A stretch of DNA of 64,000 bases, from the sequence record OQ378934.1, one strand, 5' to 3'. The stretch's first letter is position 1; each line of letters starts with the position of its first letter. This DNA comes from Escherichia phage LH2. A program made the translations under genes and the position numbers. Below the pieces are notes generated by a model that worked only from the letters and a program-made list of their open reading frames with translations, searched no databases and was not told the DNA's origin. Below, one piece after another: positions 41,101 through 49,333 of this stretch.

Positions 41101-41182
41101 TACACAAACAAAGGAGAATAAAATGAAAACGATTAATCGGGTTACGGTCATTGGGCTGATGTTGAAATTATAAGTATTAAAG

Positions 41183-41641
41183 ATGTCTGAATTAGAGATT
41201 AGAAGCAATTTTAGATGGCCATCATGTGCATTAAGCAATTTCGCCCAATGGCCTTTCGTTATGGATGGTATCCAATTTGGAGGTCTCGAAGGATTCCTCC
41301 AAGGATGTAAGGTGAAAAATGTTGAACACCAACGTCGTATATTTGGGTTATCTGGGCTTGCCGCCCAACAAGCTGGAAGGTCTTATGCTAGAGCTCAGGA
41401 CCGTGGCACGTTGTTCTGGCTTGGAACTCCGTTTTCAAGATACTCCTCAGCGTGGAAAGAATTATACACAAATGCATATTTTGAAGCAGCGTTCCAAAAC
41501 AAGGGCTTTCGTGATGCATTACAAGTCTCGAAAGGAAAAGTTTTGAAGCACAGCATGGCTAGTGGTCTAACAAAAGATGATACAATACTAACCGAAGCTG
41601 AATTTATTGATGTGTTAAACCTATTAAGAGACTCTCTATGA
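41183..41641 (+). CDS. NADAR (YbiA/DUF1768)-like protein, putative ADP-ribose-processing enzyme
   Basis: 152-aa ORF with the NADAR-type signature …LSNFAQWPFVMDGIQF…LEGFLQ… that parallels E. coli YbiA (…FSNFAAWPIKVDGKTW…SEHYFQAQKF). Confidence 0.55.
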   Translation: MSELEIRSNFRWPSCALSNFAQWPFVMDGIQFGGLEGFLQGCKVKNVEHQRRIFGLSGLAAQQAGRSYARAQDRGTLFWLGTPFSRYSSAWKELYTNAYFEAAFQNKGFRDALQVSKGKVLKHSMASGLTKDDTILTEAEFIDVLNLLRDSL

Positions 41642-42501
41642 AGCCTACTATTTTAACTGATATTGATGGAGTATGTTTAAGCTGGCAATCAGGTCTTCCT
41701 TATTTTGCTCAGAAATATAATCTTCCATTAGAACATATTTTAAAAATGATCCAAGATGAGAAATTTATTTCTCCGGGTAAACTCTTTAATTGTGATGAAG
41801 AACTTGGCGTCAAGTTAATTGAAAAATACAATCGTTCAGATTTTATTCGTTACTTGTCTCCGTATAAAGATGCCCTGTGTGTAATTAACAAATTAAAAGA
41901 AGATTATAATTTTGTAGCTGTTACAGCATTGGGTGATTCTATTGACGCTCTGTTAAATCGTCAATTTAATTTGAATGCTCTTTTTCCTGGTGCCTTCTCA
42001 GAAGTAATGATGTGTGGTCATGATTCTTCAAAAGAAGAGTTATTCAAAAAGGCAAAAGAGAAATATAACGTAATTTGTTATATTGACGATCTCGCTCACC
42101 ACTGTGACCACGCGAGTGAAATATTGAATGTTCCTGTTTATTGGATGGCTCGAGGAGAGCGTGACAATATTCCAAAAACTGCGCAGCGAGTTTATACATG
42201 GAATGATGTAGAAAATAAGCTTTTTTCGCCGAAGGAAAATAAAGAAAGTTTTGATAGTGAAAAAGCTATAAAAGATGTAATTGAGAAGATGGTTAAAAAC
42301 GATTCTTTTCGTTGGAACACTACCTGGAGAACTCCTGGATTTAATCCGTATAATCCATATTATACACATCCATATAATCCATATTATACACACCCGTATC
42401 ATATGAATCCATTCCATACGTGGAGTTATACTAAGCCTGGTGATGCAGGGTATTTTAATAGATTTACTAGTGGTGATAATATTTTCCAAGGAGCATTCTA
42501 A
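41638..42501 (+). CDS. HAD-superfamily hydrolase-like protein with Pro/Tyr-rich repeat tail (287 aa)
   Basis: N-terminal HAD motif I ILTDIDGV; C-terminus carries tandem PYNPYYTH repeats. Confidence 0.5.
   Translation: MKPTILTDIDGVCLSWQSGLPYFAQKYNLPLEHILKMIQDEKFISPGKLFNCDEELGVKLIEKYNRSDFIRYLSPYKDALCVINKLKEDYNFVAVTALGDSIDALLNRQFNLNALFPGAFSEVMMCGHDSSKEELFKKAKEKYNVICYIDDLAHHCDHASEILNVPVYWMARGERDNIPKTAQRVYTWNDVENKLFSPKENKESFDSEKAIKDVIEKMVKNDSFRWNTTWRTPGFNPYNPYYTHPYNPYYTHPYHMNPFHTWSYTKPGDAGYFNRFTSGDNIFQGAF
42349..42392 (+). repeat. 24-bp tandem duplication (2 copies) encoding the PYNPYYTH repeat
   Basis: tataatccatattatacaca occurs at 42349-42368 and 42373-42392 with a 24-nt period, in frame. Confidence 0.7.
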
Positions 42502-42770
42502 TGTTTGTCGTTCACACTATTTATGAAAATGAAGGTAATACTACACGTGATTACGGTCACGTAAATCAATTTTTTAGATGCAATCCAGAATTCCGAGCTC
42601 AAAAAGACGAACGAATTTTTAAAAAATGTGTAGAGCAAGGTTTCATTTACGTCAAGCACTGGATGCAAGGAAATAAAGTTAGAACTACATATCATAAGTC
42701 TTTGCCTGAGCTTAATGATGAATTGATTTATAATAGAGCTGTAAATCAAACTCTGAAGGATGAACAATGA
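42501..42770 (+). CDS. hypothetical protein (89 aa)
   Basis: ORF immediately upstream of gene 30, overlapping neighbours (ATGA/TAATG-type coupling). Confidence 0.45.
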   Translation: MFVVHTIYENEGNTTRDYGHVNQFFRCNPEFRAQKDERIFKKCVEQGFIYVKHWMQGNKVRTTYHKSLPELNDELIYNRAVNQTLKDEQ

Positions 42771-44227
42771 TTCTTAAAATTCTGAATGAAATAGCATCTA
42801 TTGGATCAACTAAGCAGAAGCAAGCAATTCTTGAAAAGAATAAAGATAATGAATTGCTTAAACGGGTATATCGTCTGACTTATTCTCGTGGGTTACAGTA
42901 TTATATCAAGAAATGGCCTAAACCTGGTATTGCTACCCAGAGTTTTGGAATGCTGACTATTACCGATATGCTTGACTTCATTGAATTCACGTTAGCTACT
43001 CGGAAATTGACCGGAAATGCTGCAATTGAGGAATTGACTGGATATATCACCGATGGTAAAAAGGATGATGTTGAAGTTTTGCGTCGAGTGATGATGCGAG
43101 ACCTTGAATGCGGTGCTTCAGTATCTATTGCAAACAAAGTTTGGCCAGGTTTAATTCCTGAACAACCTCAAATGCTGGCAAGTTCTTATGATGAAAAAGG
43201 CATTAGTAAGAATATCAAGTTTCCAGCTTTTGCACAGTTAAAAGCAGATGGAGCTCGGTGTTTTGCTGAAGTCCGAGGTGATGAATTAGATGATGTTCGT
43301 CTTTTATCACGAGCTGGTAATGAATATCTAGGATTAGATCTTCTTAAGGAAGAGTTAATCAAAATGACTGCTGAAGCCCGCCAGATTCATCCAGAAGGTG
43401 TGTTAATTGACGGCGAATTGGTATACCATGAGCAAGTTGAAAAGGAACCAGAAGGCCTAGATTTTCTTTTTGATGCTCCTGAAATCAGTAAAGCTAAAGA
43501 GTTTGCCGAAGTAGCTGAATCTCGTACTGCTTCTAATGGAATCGCCAATAAATCTTTAAAGGGAACTATTTCAGAAAAAGAAGCCAAATGCATGAAGTTT
43601 CAGGTCTGGGATTATGTTCCGTTGGTAGAAATATACGGTCTTCCGGCGTTTCGTTTAAAATATGATGTACGTTTTTCTAAACTAGAACAAATGACATCAG
43701 GATATAATAAAGTAATTTTAATTGAAAACCAAGTAGTAAATAACCTAGATGAAGCTAAGGTAATTTATAAAAAATATATTGACCAAGGTCTTGAAGGTAT
43801 TATTCTCAAAAATACCGATGGATTGTGGGAAAATGCTCGTTCAAAAAATCTCTATAAATTTAAAGAAGTAATTGATGTTGATTTAAAAATTGTAGGAATT
43901 TATCCTCACCGTAAAGACCCTACTAAAGCAGGTGGATTTATTCTTGAATCAGAGTGTGGAAAAATTAAAGTAAATGCAGGTTCAGGCTTAAAAGATAAAG
44001 CCGGTGTAAAATCACATGAACTTGACCGTACTCGCATTATGGAAAACCAAAATTATTATATTGGAAAAATTCTAGAGTGCGAATGCAACGGCTGGTTAAA
44101 ATCTGATGGCCGCACTGATTACGTTAAATTATTTCTTCCAATTGCGATTCGTTTACGTGAAGATAAAACTAAAGCTAATACATTTGAGGATGTATTTGGT
44201 GATTTTCATGAGGTAACTGGTCTATGA
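42767..44227 (+). CDS. 30: ATP-dependent DNA ligase gp30
   Basis: 486-aa ORF (T4 ligase is 487 aa) beginning MILKILNEIASIGSTKQKQAILEKNKDNELLKRVYRLTY, with adenylation motif KADGAR. Confidence 0.95.
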   Translation: MILKILNEIASIGSTKQKQAILEKNKDNELLKRVYRLTYSRGLQYYIKKWPKPGIATQSFGMLTITDMLDFIEFTLATRKLTGNAAIEELTGYITDGKKDDVEVLRRVMMRDLECGASVSIANKVWPGLIPEQPQMLASSYDEKGISKNIKFPAFAQLKADGARCFAEVRGDELDDVRLLSRAGNEYLGLDLLKEELIKMTAEARQIHPEGVLIDGELVYHEQVEKEPEGLDFLFDAPEISKAKEFAEVAESRTASNGIANKSLKGTISEKEAKCMKFQVWDYVPLVEIYGLPAFRLKYDVRFSKLEQMTSGYNKVILIENQVVNNLDEAKVIYKKYIDQGLEGIILKNTDGLWENARSKNLYKFKEVIDVDLKIVGIYPHRKDPTKAGGFILESECGKIKVNAGSGLKDKAGVKSHELDRTRIMENQNYYIGKILECECNGWLKSDGRTDYVKLFLPIAIRLREDKTKANTFEDVFGDFHEVTGL

Positions 44228-44412
44228 AAGCTTACTTAGAAACAATTGTCATTGCTCAAAAAGAAGGTGGAGATGTTTCTACTTCTGTATCACAAATCGT
44301 TCTTGAATTTGTAGATGCATATGCTTATAATAAATTCACAGAAACATTTGATGCCTATGAAAAAGGTCCAAAGTTTGAAATATATCGTACTCTCTTACCA
44401 TTAGATTATTAA
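44224..44412 (+). CDS. hypothetical protein (62 aa)
   Basis: ORF overlapping the gene 30 stop; followed by a hairpin. Confidence 0.45.
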   Translation: MKAYLETIVIAQKEGGDVSTSVSQIVLEFVDAYAYNKFTETFDAYEKGPKFEIYRTLLPLDY

Positions 44413-44435
44413 AGGCCTTCGGGCCTTTAATTTTA
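44411..44435 (+). terminator. hairpin (aaaggccttcgggccttt) plus A/T-run
   Basis: GC-rich inverted repeat directly after the stop at 44412. Confidence 0.55.
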
Positions 44436-44441
44436 TAAATA
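44434..44441 (+). promoter_or_regulatory. late promoter TATAAATA upstream of alt
   Basis: Exact TATAAATA about 30 nt upstream of the alt start; alt is a late, virion-packaged protein in T4. Confidence 0.6.
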
Positions 44442-44470
44442 GAATAAGAATAAACACTAGAGAGGATATG

Positions 44471-46525
44471 ATGGAACTCATTACAGAATTATTTGACGAA
44501 GATACTACTCTTCCGATTACAAACTTAAATCCAAAGAAGAAAATACCGCAAATTTTTTCAGTTCATGTTGATGACGCAATTGAACAACCAGGCTTTCGTT
44601 TATGTACCTATACATCTGGAGGTGATACTAACCGTGATTTAAAGATGGGCGATAAAATGATGCATATTGTTCCTTTTACATTAACTGCTAAAGGTTCAAT
44701 TGCTAAATTAAAAGGTCTCGGTCCAAGCCCAATTAATTACATCAATTCAGTTTTTACTGTTGCGATGCAAACGATGCGTCAGTATAAAATTGATGCCTGC
44801 ATGCTTCGTATTCTTAAGTCTAAAACCGCTGGTCAAGCTCGACAAATTCAAGTTATTGCTGATAGACTTATCCGCAGTCGTTCAGGTGGCAGATACGTCC
44901 TTCTTAAGGAACTCTGGGATTACGATAAAAAGTATGCATATATTCTTATACATCGCAAAAATGTATCGCTAGAAGACATTCCAGGAGTTCCGGAAATTAG
45001 TACCGAGCTCTTTACTAAAGTTGAATCGAAGGTCGGCGATGTTTATATCAATAAAGATACTGGAGCTCAAGTAACTAAAAATGAGGCAATTGCAGCATCT
45101 ATTGCGCAAGAAAATGATAAACGTTCTGACCAAGCTGTAATCGTTAAAGTTAAAATTTCCCGTAGAGCAATTGCACAAAGTCAGTCATTAGAATCTTCTA
45201 GATTTGAAACACCAATGTTTCAAAAATTTGAGGCTTCAGCGGCAGAATTAAATAAACCCGCCGACGCACCTTTAATTTCTGATGCTAACGAATTAACTGT
45301 TATTTCTACTTCAGGATTTGCATTAGAGAATGCTCTTAGCAGTGTTACAGCTGGGATGGCATTCAGAGAAGCTTCTATAATTCCTGAAGATAAAGAATCC
45401 ATTATTAATGCAGAAATAAAAAATAAAGCTTTAGAAAAATTACGAAAAGAATCTATTACTTCAATAAAAACTTTAGAAACTATTGCTTCTATCGTCGATG
45501 ATACTTTAGAAAAATATAAAGGTGCTTGGTTTGAAAGAAATATTAACAGACATTCGCATTTAAACCAAGATGCTGCAAATGAGTTAGTACAAAATTCTTG
45601 GAATGCAATAAAAACAAAGATTATTCGAAGAGAATTACGTGGATATGCTCTTACCGCTGGATGGTCATTACATCCTATAGTCGAAAATAAAGATTCATCT
45701 AAATACACACCAGCGCAAAAACGCGGAATTCGTGAATATGTAGGTTCAGGATATGTAGACATAAATAATGCTCTTTTGGGATTATATAATCCAGATGAGC
45801 GTACAAGTATTTTAACAGCACCTGAAATAGAACAAGCCATTGATAATTTAGATTCAGCCTTTAAAAATGGTGAACGATTACCAAAAGGTATTACTTTGTA
45901 TCGTTCACAACGAATGTTACCTTCAATATATGAAGCAATGGTAAAAAATCGAGTTTTTTATTTTAGAAACTTTGTGTCAACATCATTATATCCAAATATT
46001 TTTGGTACTTGGATGACTGATTCATCTGTGGGTGTTTTACCAGACGAAAAGCGTTTAAGTGTTTCTATTGATAAAACTGATGAAGGGCTTGTTAATTCTA
46101 GCGATAATTTAGTCGGAATTGGATGGGTTATTACTGGGGCTGATAAAGTCAATGTTGTTTTACCCGGTGGAAGTTTAGCGCCTTCAAATGAAATGGAAGT
46201 CATTTTGCCACGTGGATTAATGGTCAAAGTTAATAAAATAACCGATGCATCTTACAACGATGGAACAGTTAGAACTAACAACAAGCTTATTCAAGCTGAA
46301 GTTATGACCACAGAAGAACTCACCGAATCGGTAATCTATGACGGAGACCATTTAATGGAAACTGGTGAATTGGTTGCAATGACAGGTGATATTGAAATAG
46401 AAGACAGAGTTGACTTTGCATCATTTGTTTCATCAAACGTTAAACAGAAAGTAGAATCATCTCTCGGAATTATTGCGTCTTGCATAGATATTGCAAACAT
46501 GCCTTACAAGTTCGTTCAAGGATAA
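44471..46525 (+). CDS. alt: ADP-ribosyltransferase Alt
   Basis: 682-aa product from MELITELFDEDTTLPITNLNPKKKIPQIF (T4 Alt is 682 aa); the listed ORF has one extra N-terminal Met. Confidence 0.9.
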   Translation: MELITELFDEDTTLPITNLNPKKKIPQIFSVHVDDAIEQPGFRLCTYTSGGDTNRDLKMGDKMMHIVPFTLTAKGSIAKLKGLGPSPINYINSVFTVAMQTMRQYKIDACMLRILKSKTAGQARQIQVIADRLIRSRSGGRYVLLKELWDYDKKYAYILIHRKNVSLEDIPGVPEISTELFTKVESKVGDVYINKDTGAQVTKNEAIAASIAQENDKRSDQAVIVKVKISRRAIAQSQSLESSRFETPMFQKFEASAAELNKPADAPLISDANELTVISTSGFALENALSSVTAGMAFREASIIPEDKESIINAEIKNKALEKLRKESITSIKTLETIASIVDDTLEKYKGAWFERNINRHSHLNQDAANELVQNSWNAIKTKIIRRELRGYALTAGWSLHPIVENKDSSKYTPAQKRGIREYVGSGYVDINNALLGLYNPDERTSILTAPEIEQAIDNLDSAFKNGERLPKGITLYRSQRMLPSIYEAMVKNRVFYFRNFVSTSLYPNIFGTWMTDSSVGVLPDEKRLSVSIDKTDEGLVNSSDNLVGIGWVITGADKVNVVLPGGSLAPSNEMEVILPRGLMVKVNKITDASYNDGTVRTNNKLIQAEVMTTEELTESVIYDGDHLMETGELVAMTGDIEIEDRVDFASFVSSNVKQKVESSLGIIASCIDIANMPYKFVQG

Positions 46526-46528
46526 ATC

Positions 46529-46914
46529 GTGGAACTTATTACAGAATTATTTGACGGCGCTTCGGCGCCGGTTGTTAACTTAAATCCTAAGCATAAAATA
46601 CCACAAATTTTTGCTATTCAAGCCGGCGAAGAAAGCGTGCTTCCTGGATTTAGATTTTGTACATACACCTCTGGCGGTGATACAAATAAAACGTTAAACC
46701 AGGCGACAAAATGATGCATATCGTAATGATAGGTGTTAATGAGAAACTATCATTAGTTAAGCTTAAAAACTTGGGTGGAAATCCAATTGGTGTCATTAAT
46801 GCTGTTTTTGATACTGCTCTTCAAACAATGAAACAGTATAAAATCGACGCATGCCTATTACGCGTACTAAAAAGTTCAAAATGTAGTTTACAAGTCCCTC
46901 GTGTTGTGTTATAA
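46529..46914 (+). pseudogene. frameshifted partial duplicate of the alt 5' region (alt N-terminal paralog remnant)
   Basis: Two consecutive short ORFs (61 and 67 aa) in different frames: the first parallels Alt residues 1-55 (MELITELFD…PGFRFCTYTSGGDTN), the second Alt residues about 63-125 (MMHIV…LKNLGGNPIGVINAVFDTALQTMKQYKIDAC). Confidence 0.6.
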
Positions 46915-46922
46915 TAATCTTA
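46865..46922 (+). promoter_or_regulatory. T4-type early promoter, second copy of the 34369 cassette (GTTTAC 46886-46891, TATAAT 46910-46915)
   Basis: taGTTTACaagtccctcgtgttgtgtTATAATaatcttactgacataacacgagga; shares a ~55-nt near-identical block with 34369-34425. Confidence 0.6.
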
Positions 46923-46946
46923 CTGACATAACACGAGGAACACAAA

Positions 46947-47237
46947 ATGAAATCTTCTTTGCGCTTTTTAGGTCAAGAACTTGTAGTTGAAGGCGTTATT
47001 CCTGCTGATAATGCTTTTAATGAAGCAGTTTACGATGAATTTATCAAAATTTTTGGAACAGATAAAAAGTTCGGAATTTTTCCTTCTGAAAATTTTTCAA
47101 AGCCAGAGCAGACTGAAAGTATTTTCCAAGGTGTAGTAACAGGTAAATTTGAGTCAGAAGCTCCGGTAAAAATTGAAGTTTATATTGAAGACAGTTTAGT
47201 TGCTTCAGTTGCTGCTTTTATTTCATTCCGTAAATAA
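46947..47237 (+). CDS. hypothetical protein (96 aa)
   Basis: ORF with cgagga RBS downstream of the duplicated promoter cassette; followed by a bidirectional hairpin. Confidence 0.5.
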   Translation: MKSSLRFLGQELVVEGVIPADNAFNEAVYDEFIKIFGTDKKFGIFPSENFSKPEQTESIFQGVVTGKFESEAPVKIEVYIEDSLVASVAAFISFRK

Positions 47238-47239
47238 AA

Positions 47240-47270
47240 ATATGGGGACCGAAAGGTCCCCATTGTTATA
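47240..47270. terminator. bidirectional hairpin terminator (atggggaccgaaaggtccccat) between convergent genes
   Basis: GC-rich hairpin flanked by A/T runs on both sides, between the + strand ORF ending 47237 and gene 54 (-) ending 47266. Confidence 0.65.
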
Positions 47271-48231
47271 TTGCTCCTAATATTTTACTTTGCGAGTTGA
47301 CAATTCCCGTCATAGTATTAATGTTTGAAATGCTTCCTGAGGTTCCTCCTAGTCTACTAAGTCGTGAAAGCGAATTAGATAGTCCAGTAACACCTCCACT
47401 ATTTCCGAGAACGCTTTGAATGCCATTTATAGCAGCAGATTCAAGCCACTCAAGCGCAGCTTGTCTATCAACCGACCCAGCCTGCATGACTCTATACGCA
47501 AAAGTAACATCAAATGTAGTTATTTGGTTATCTCCATCATATGATAACTCAGGAGCGCTCACTGACACTGGAATGCATCCGGTGAACATCACAGCAGTAT
47601 GAGGTAATCCATTACGAGCATGAAGATTAACCTGAATGTCTGCTTCAACATCTTGCGGCAAAGCACGTAATCCAGTTACTGGGTCTTGAACAGCGTTAAC
47701 CCAGTCTTGCATCGCACGATAATTACATGCTTCTGAATCCATCCTAAATGAAATAACCAAAGGGTCTAATTCTCTCCCAGTTATACGAATATTAGGAGAA
47801 TTATAGTTCCAGTCAGTTTCATAGGATAATCTATTCTCTGGCATTTTTACAGAATATATCATCAATCCAGATGAGTTATATGCCATGTTAAAGAAGTCAA
47901 TTAAATATGTACCAACCGTAAATGAGCCTAATAAACTTTGAACTGTGCGTTGACTCATGGCACCAATAAGATATTTACTGACTCCTGATTTTCTTATTAG
48001 TTTTTGTGTGCCAGCTGTAATTAGCGTGGTAATTCCCTGATTAATATCACCTTGAGTTAATCCTAACCAATTTGAATTTAGGCCCAAGTTATTATAAGAA
48101 AAGTTGCTAATTGAACTTATCAACGAAGAGCTTTTAGTTGATGGAGTTGTCGCAAAAACGCAGCTAAACATATTATTACGTTGGAAATCTGCGTTTATTG
48201 CTTGATTATTAAATTCCTCTAAAGAATACAT
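47266..48231 (-). CDS. 54: baseplate tail-tube initiator gp54
   Basis: 321-aa ORF (T4 gp54 is 320 aa) at the end of the 51-27-28-29-48-54 operon. Confidence 0.9.
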   Translation of the reverse strand: MYSLEEFNNQAINADFQRNNMFSCVFATTPSTKSSSLISSISNFSYNNLGLNSNWLGLTQGDINQGITTLITAGTQKLIRKSGVSKYLIGAMSQRTVQSLLGSFTVGTYLIDFFNMAYNSSGLMIYSVKMPENRLSYETDWNYNSPNIRITGRELDPLVISFRMDSEACNYRAMQDWVNAVQDPVTGLRALPQDVEADIQVNLHARNGLPHTAVMFTGCIPVSVSAPELSYDGDNQITTFDVTFAYRVMQAGSVDRQAALEWLESAAINGIQSVLGNSGGVTGLSNSLSRLSRLGGTSGSISNINTMTGIVNSQSKILGAI

Positions 48232-49325
48232 TAAAAAGTCCCCGCATATAAAGAAGCACGGTTTAACGTGATAATTTCTCTCATAGTAATCTCAAGAGTA
48301 AATGTACTAGAGAGGTTTGGAGCAATAGCTAATCCATTAAAGTTACCGTTAGGCGTTTTATCAAATCTAATGCTCTGTATTTGACATGGGCCAAATATTT
48401 CCGTTTTTCCATCAAACTTAGATGTTGCACCAAAGTTTTTCACCATCCAAACTGTCGGGTTTGAAACTACTAGAACGTTCGTTAAACTTGCTGTCATTTT
48501 CTCAAATAGTGTTTTATTTTTAGCCGCGTCTTCCGGAGATAAAGGTTCAATTAACGTAGAACGATACCAATCATCCAAATACCCCTTTATTTCAGCAGCG
48601 TATTGAGATTTACCTGTTTCGCCATAAGAAAAATAGTTAAAATATTGATAGATATTAATAATAGCCATTAAATCTTCTGTTGAACGTGGAGTCAAATCCC
48701 ATGTAAACACTTTAGTTCTATTCTCAGCACCACCATACATACTTCTGGCTGTTGTATAAATCTGTTCATTATTATCAGCCATTATACCTTGCGTTATACT
48801 TTCCAGTGCCCCAAACACTGCAGTTGAAGCAATATTACTTAGCACACCAGTAGCAGTACCTCCGCCTCTGCTGATAAGACTTTCTTGAACATCATTAAAT
48901 CTATGTGATGATGTATCAACGTCAGATTTAGATCTCGGCAAAAGAATATTTGCAACAGGTGCTTTACTTATTGTTCCTGAATTATTATCTGATATTAATC
49001 CATTTGATAGTTTTGATACTGTACTACTAATAGTGTTTCTGGCTGTACGTAAAATACTCGAAGATGAAGAAGAGTAGTTAGATCTCATCGATCTAAGACT
49101 TCCAGAATCCCTAGATGACATATTGTATGCAGTAAATAATAATCCATTCTTATATAGATCTGTTACCTGGAAGTCCCCTGTAGTGTCATTACCACTAGCA
49201 CGCCCAGTTGGAAACTGGGCAGTGTATGTTTTAGTTGCTACTTCTGATTTAGTACTCTGTCCGGCTGAAATTTTCTCACCGGACTTTTTAATTAAATCAG
49301 CAGTTATTTCTTTAACAATTGCCAT
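48231..49325 (-). CDS. 48: baseplate tail-tube cap gp48
   Basis: 364-aa ORF (T4 gp48 is 364 aa). Confidence 0.9.
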   Translation of the reverse strand: MAIVKEITADLIKKSGEKISAGQSTKSEVATKTYTAQFPTGRASGNDTTGDFQVTDLYKNGLLFTAYNMSSRDSGSLRSMRSNYSSSSSSILRTARNTISSTVSKLSNGLISDNNSGTISKAPVANILLPRSKSDVDTSSHRFNDVQESLISRGGGTATGVLSNIASTAVFGALESITQGIMADNNEQIYTTARSMYGGAENRTKVFTWDLTPRSTEDLMAIINIYQYFNYFSYGETGKSQYAAEIKGYLDDWYRSTLIEPLSPEDAAKNKTLFEKMTASLTNVLVVSNPTVWMVKNFGATSKFDGKTEIFGPCQIQSIRFDKTPNGNFNGLAIAPNLSSTFTLEITMREIITLNRASLYAGTF

Positions 49326-49333
49326 ATTATTCC

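Noticed and set aside
42040-42489. 149-aa ORF on the - strand inside the HAD-like gene
   Set aside because: Antisense to a + strand gene in a + strand operon; low-complexity product derived from the repeat region; spurious.
45220-45840. 206-aa ORF on the - strand inside alt
   Set aside because: Entirely antisense to the well-supported alt coding sequence; no RBS or promoter; most likely a chance open frame.
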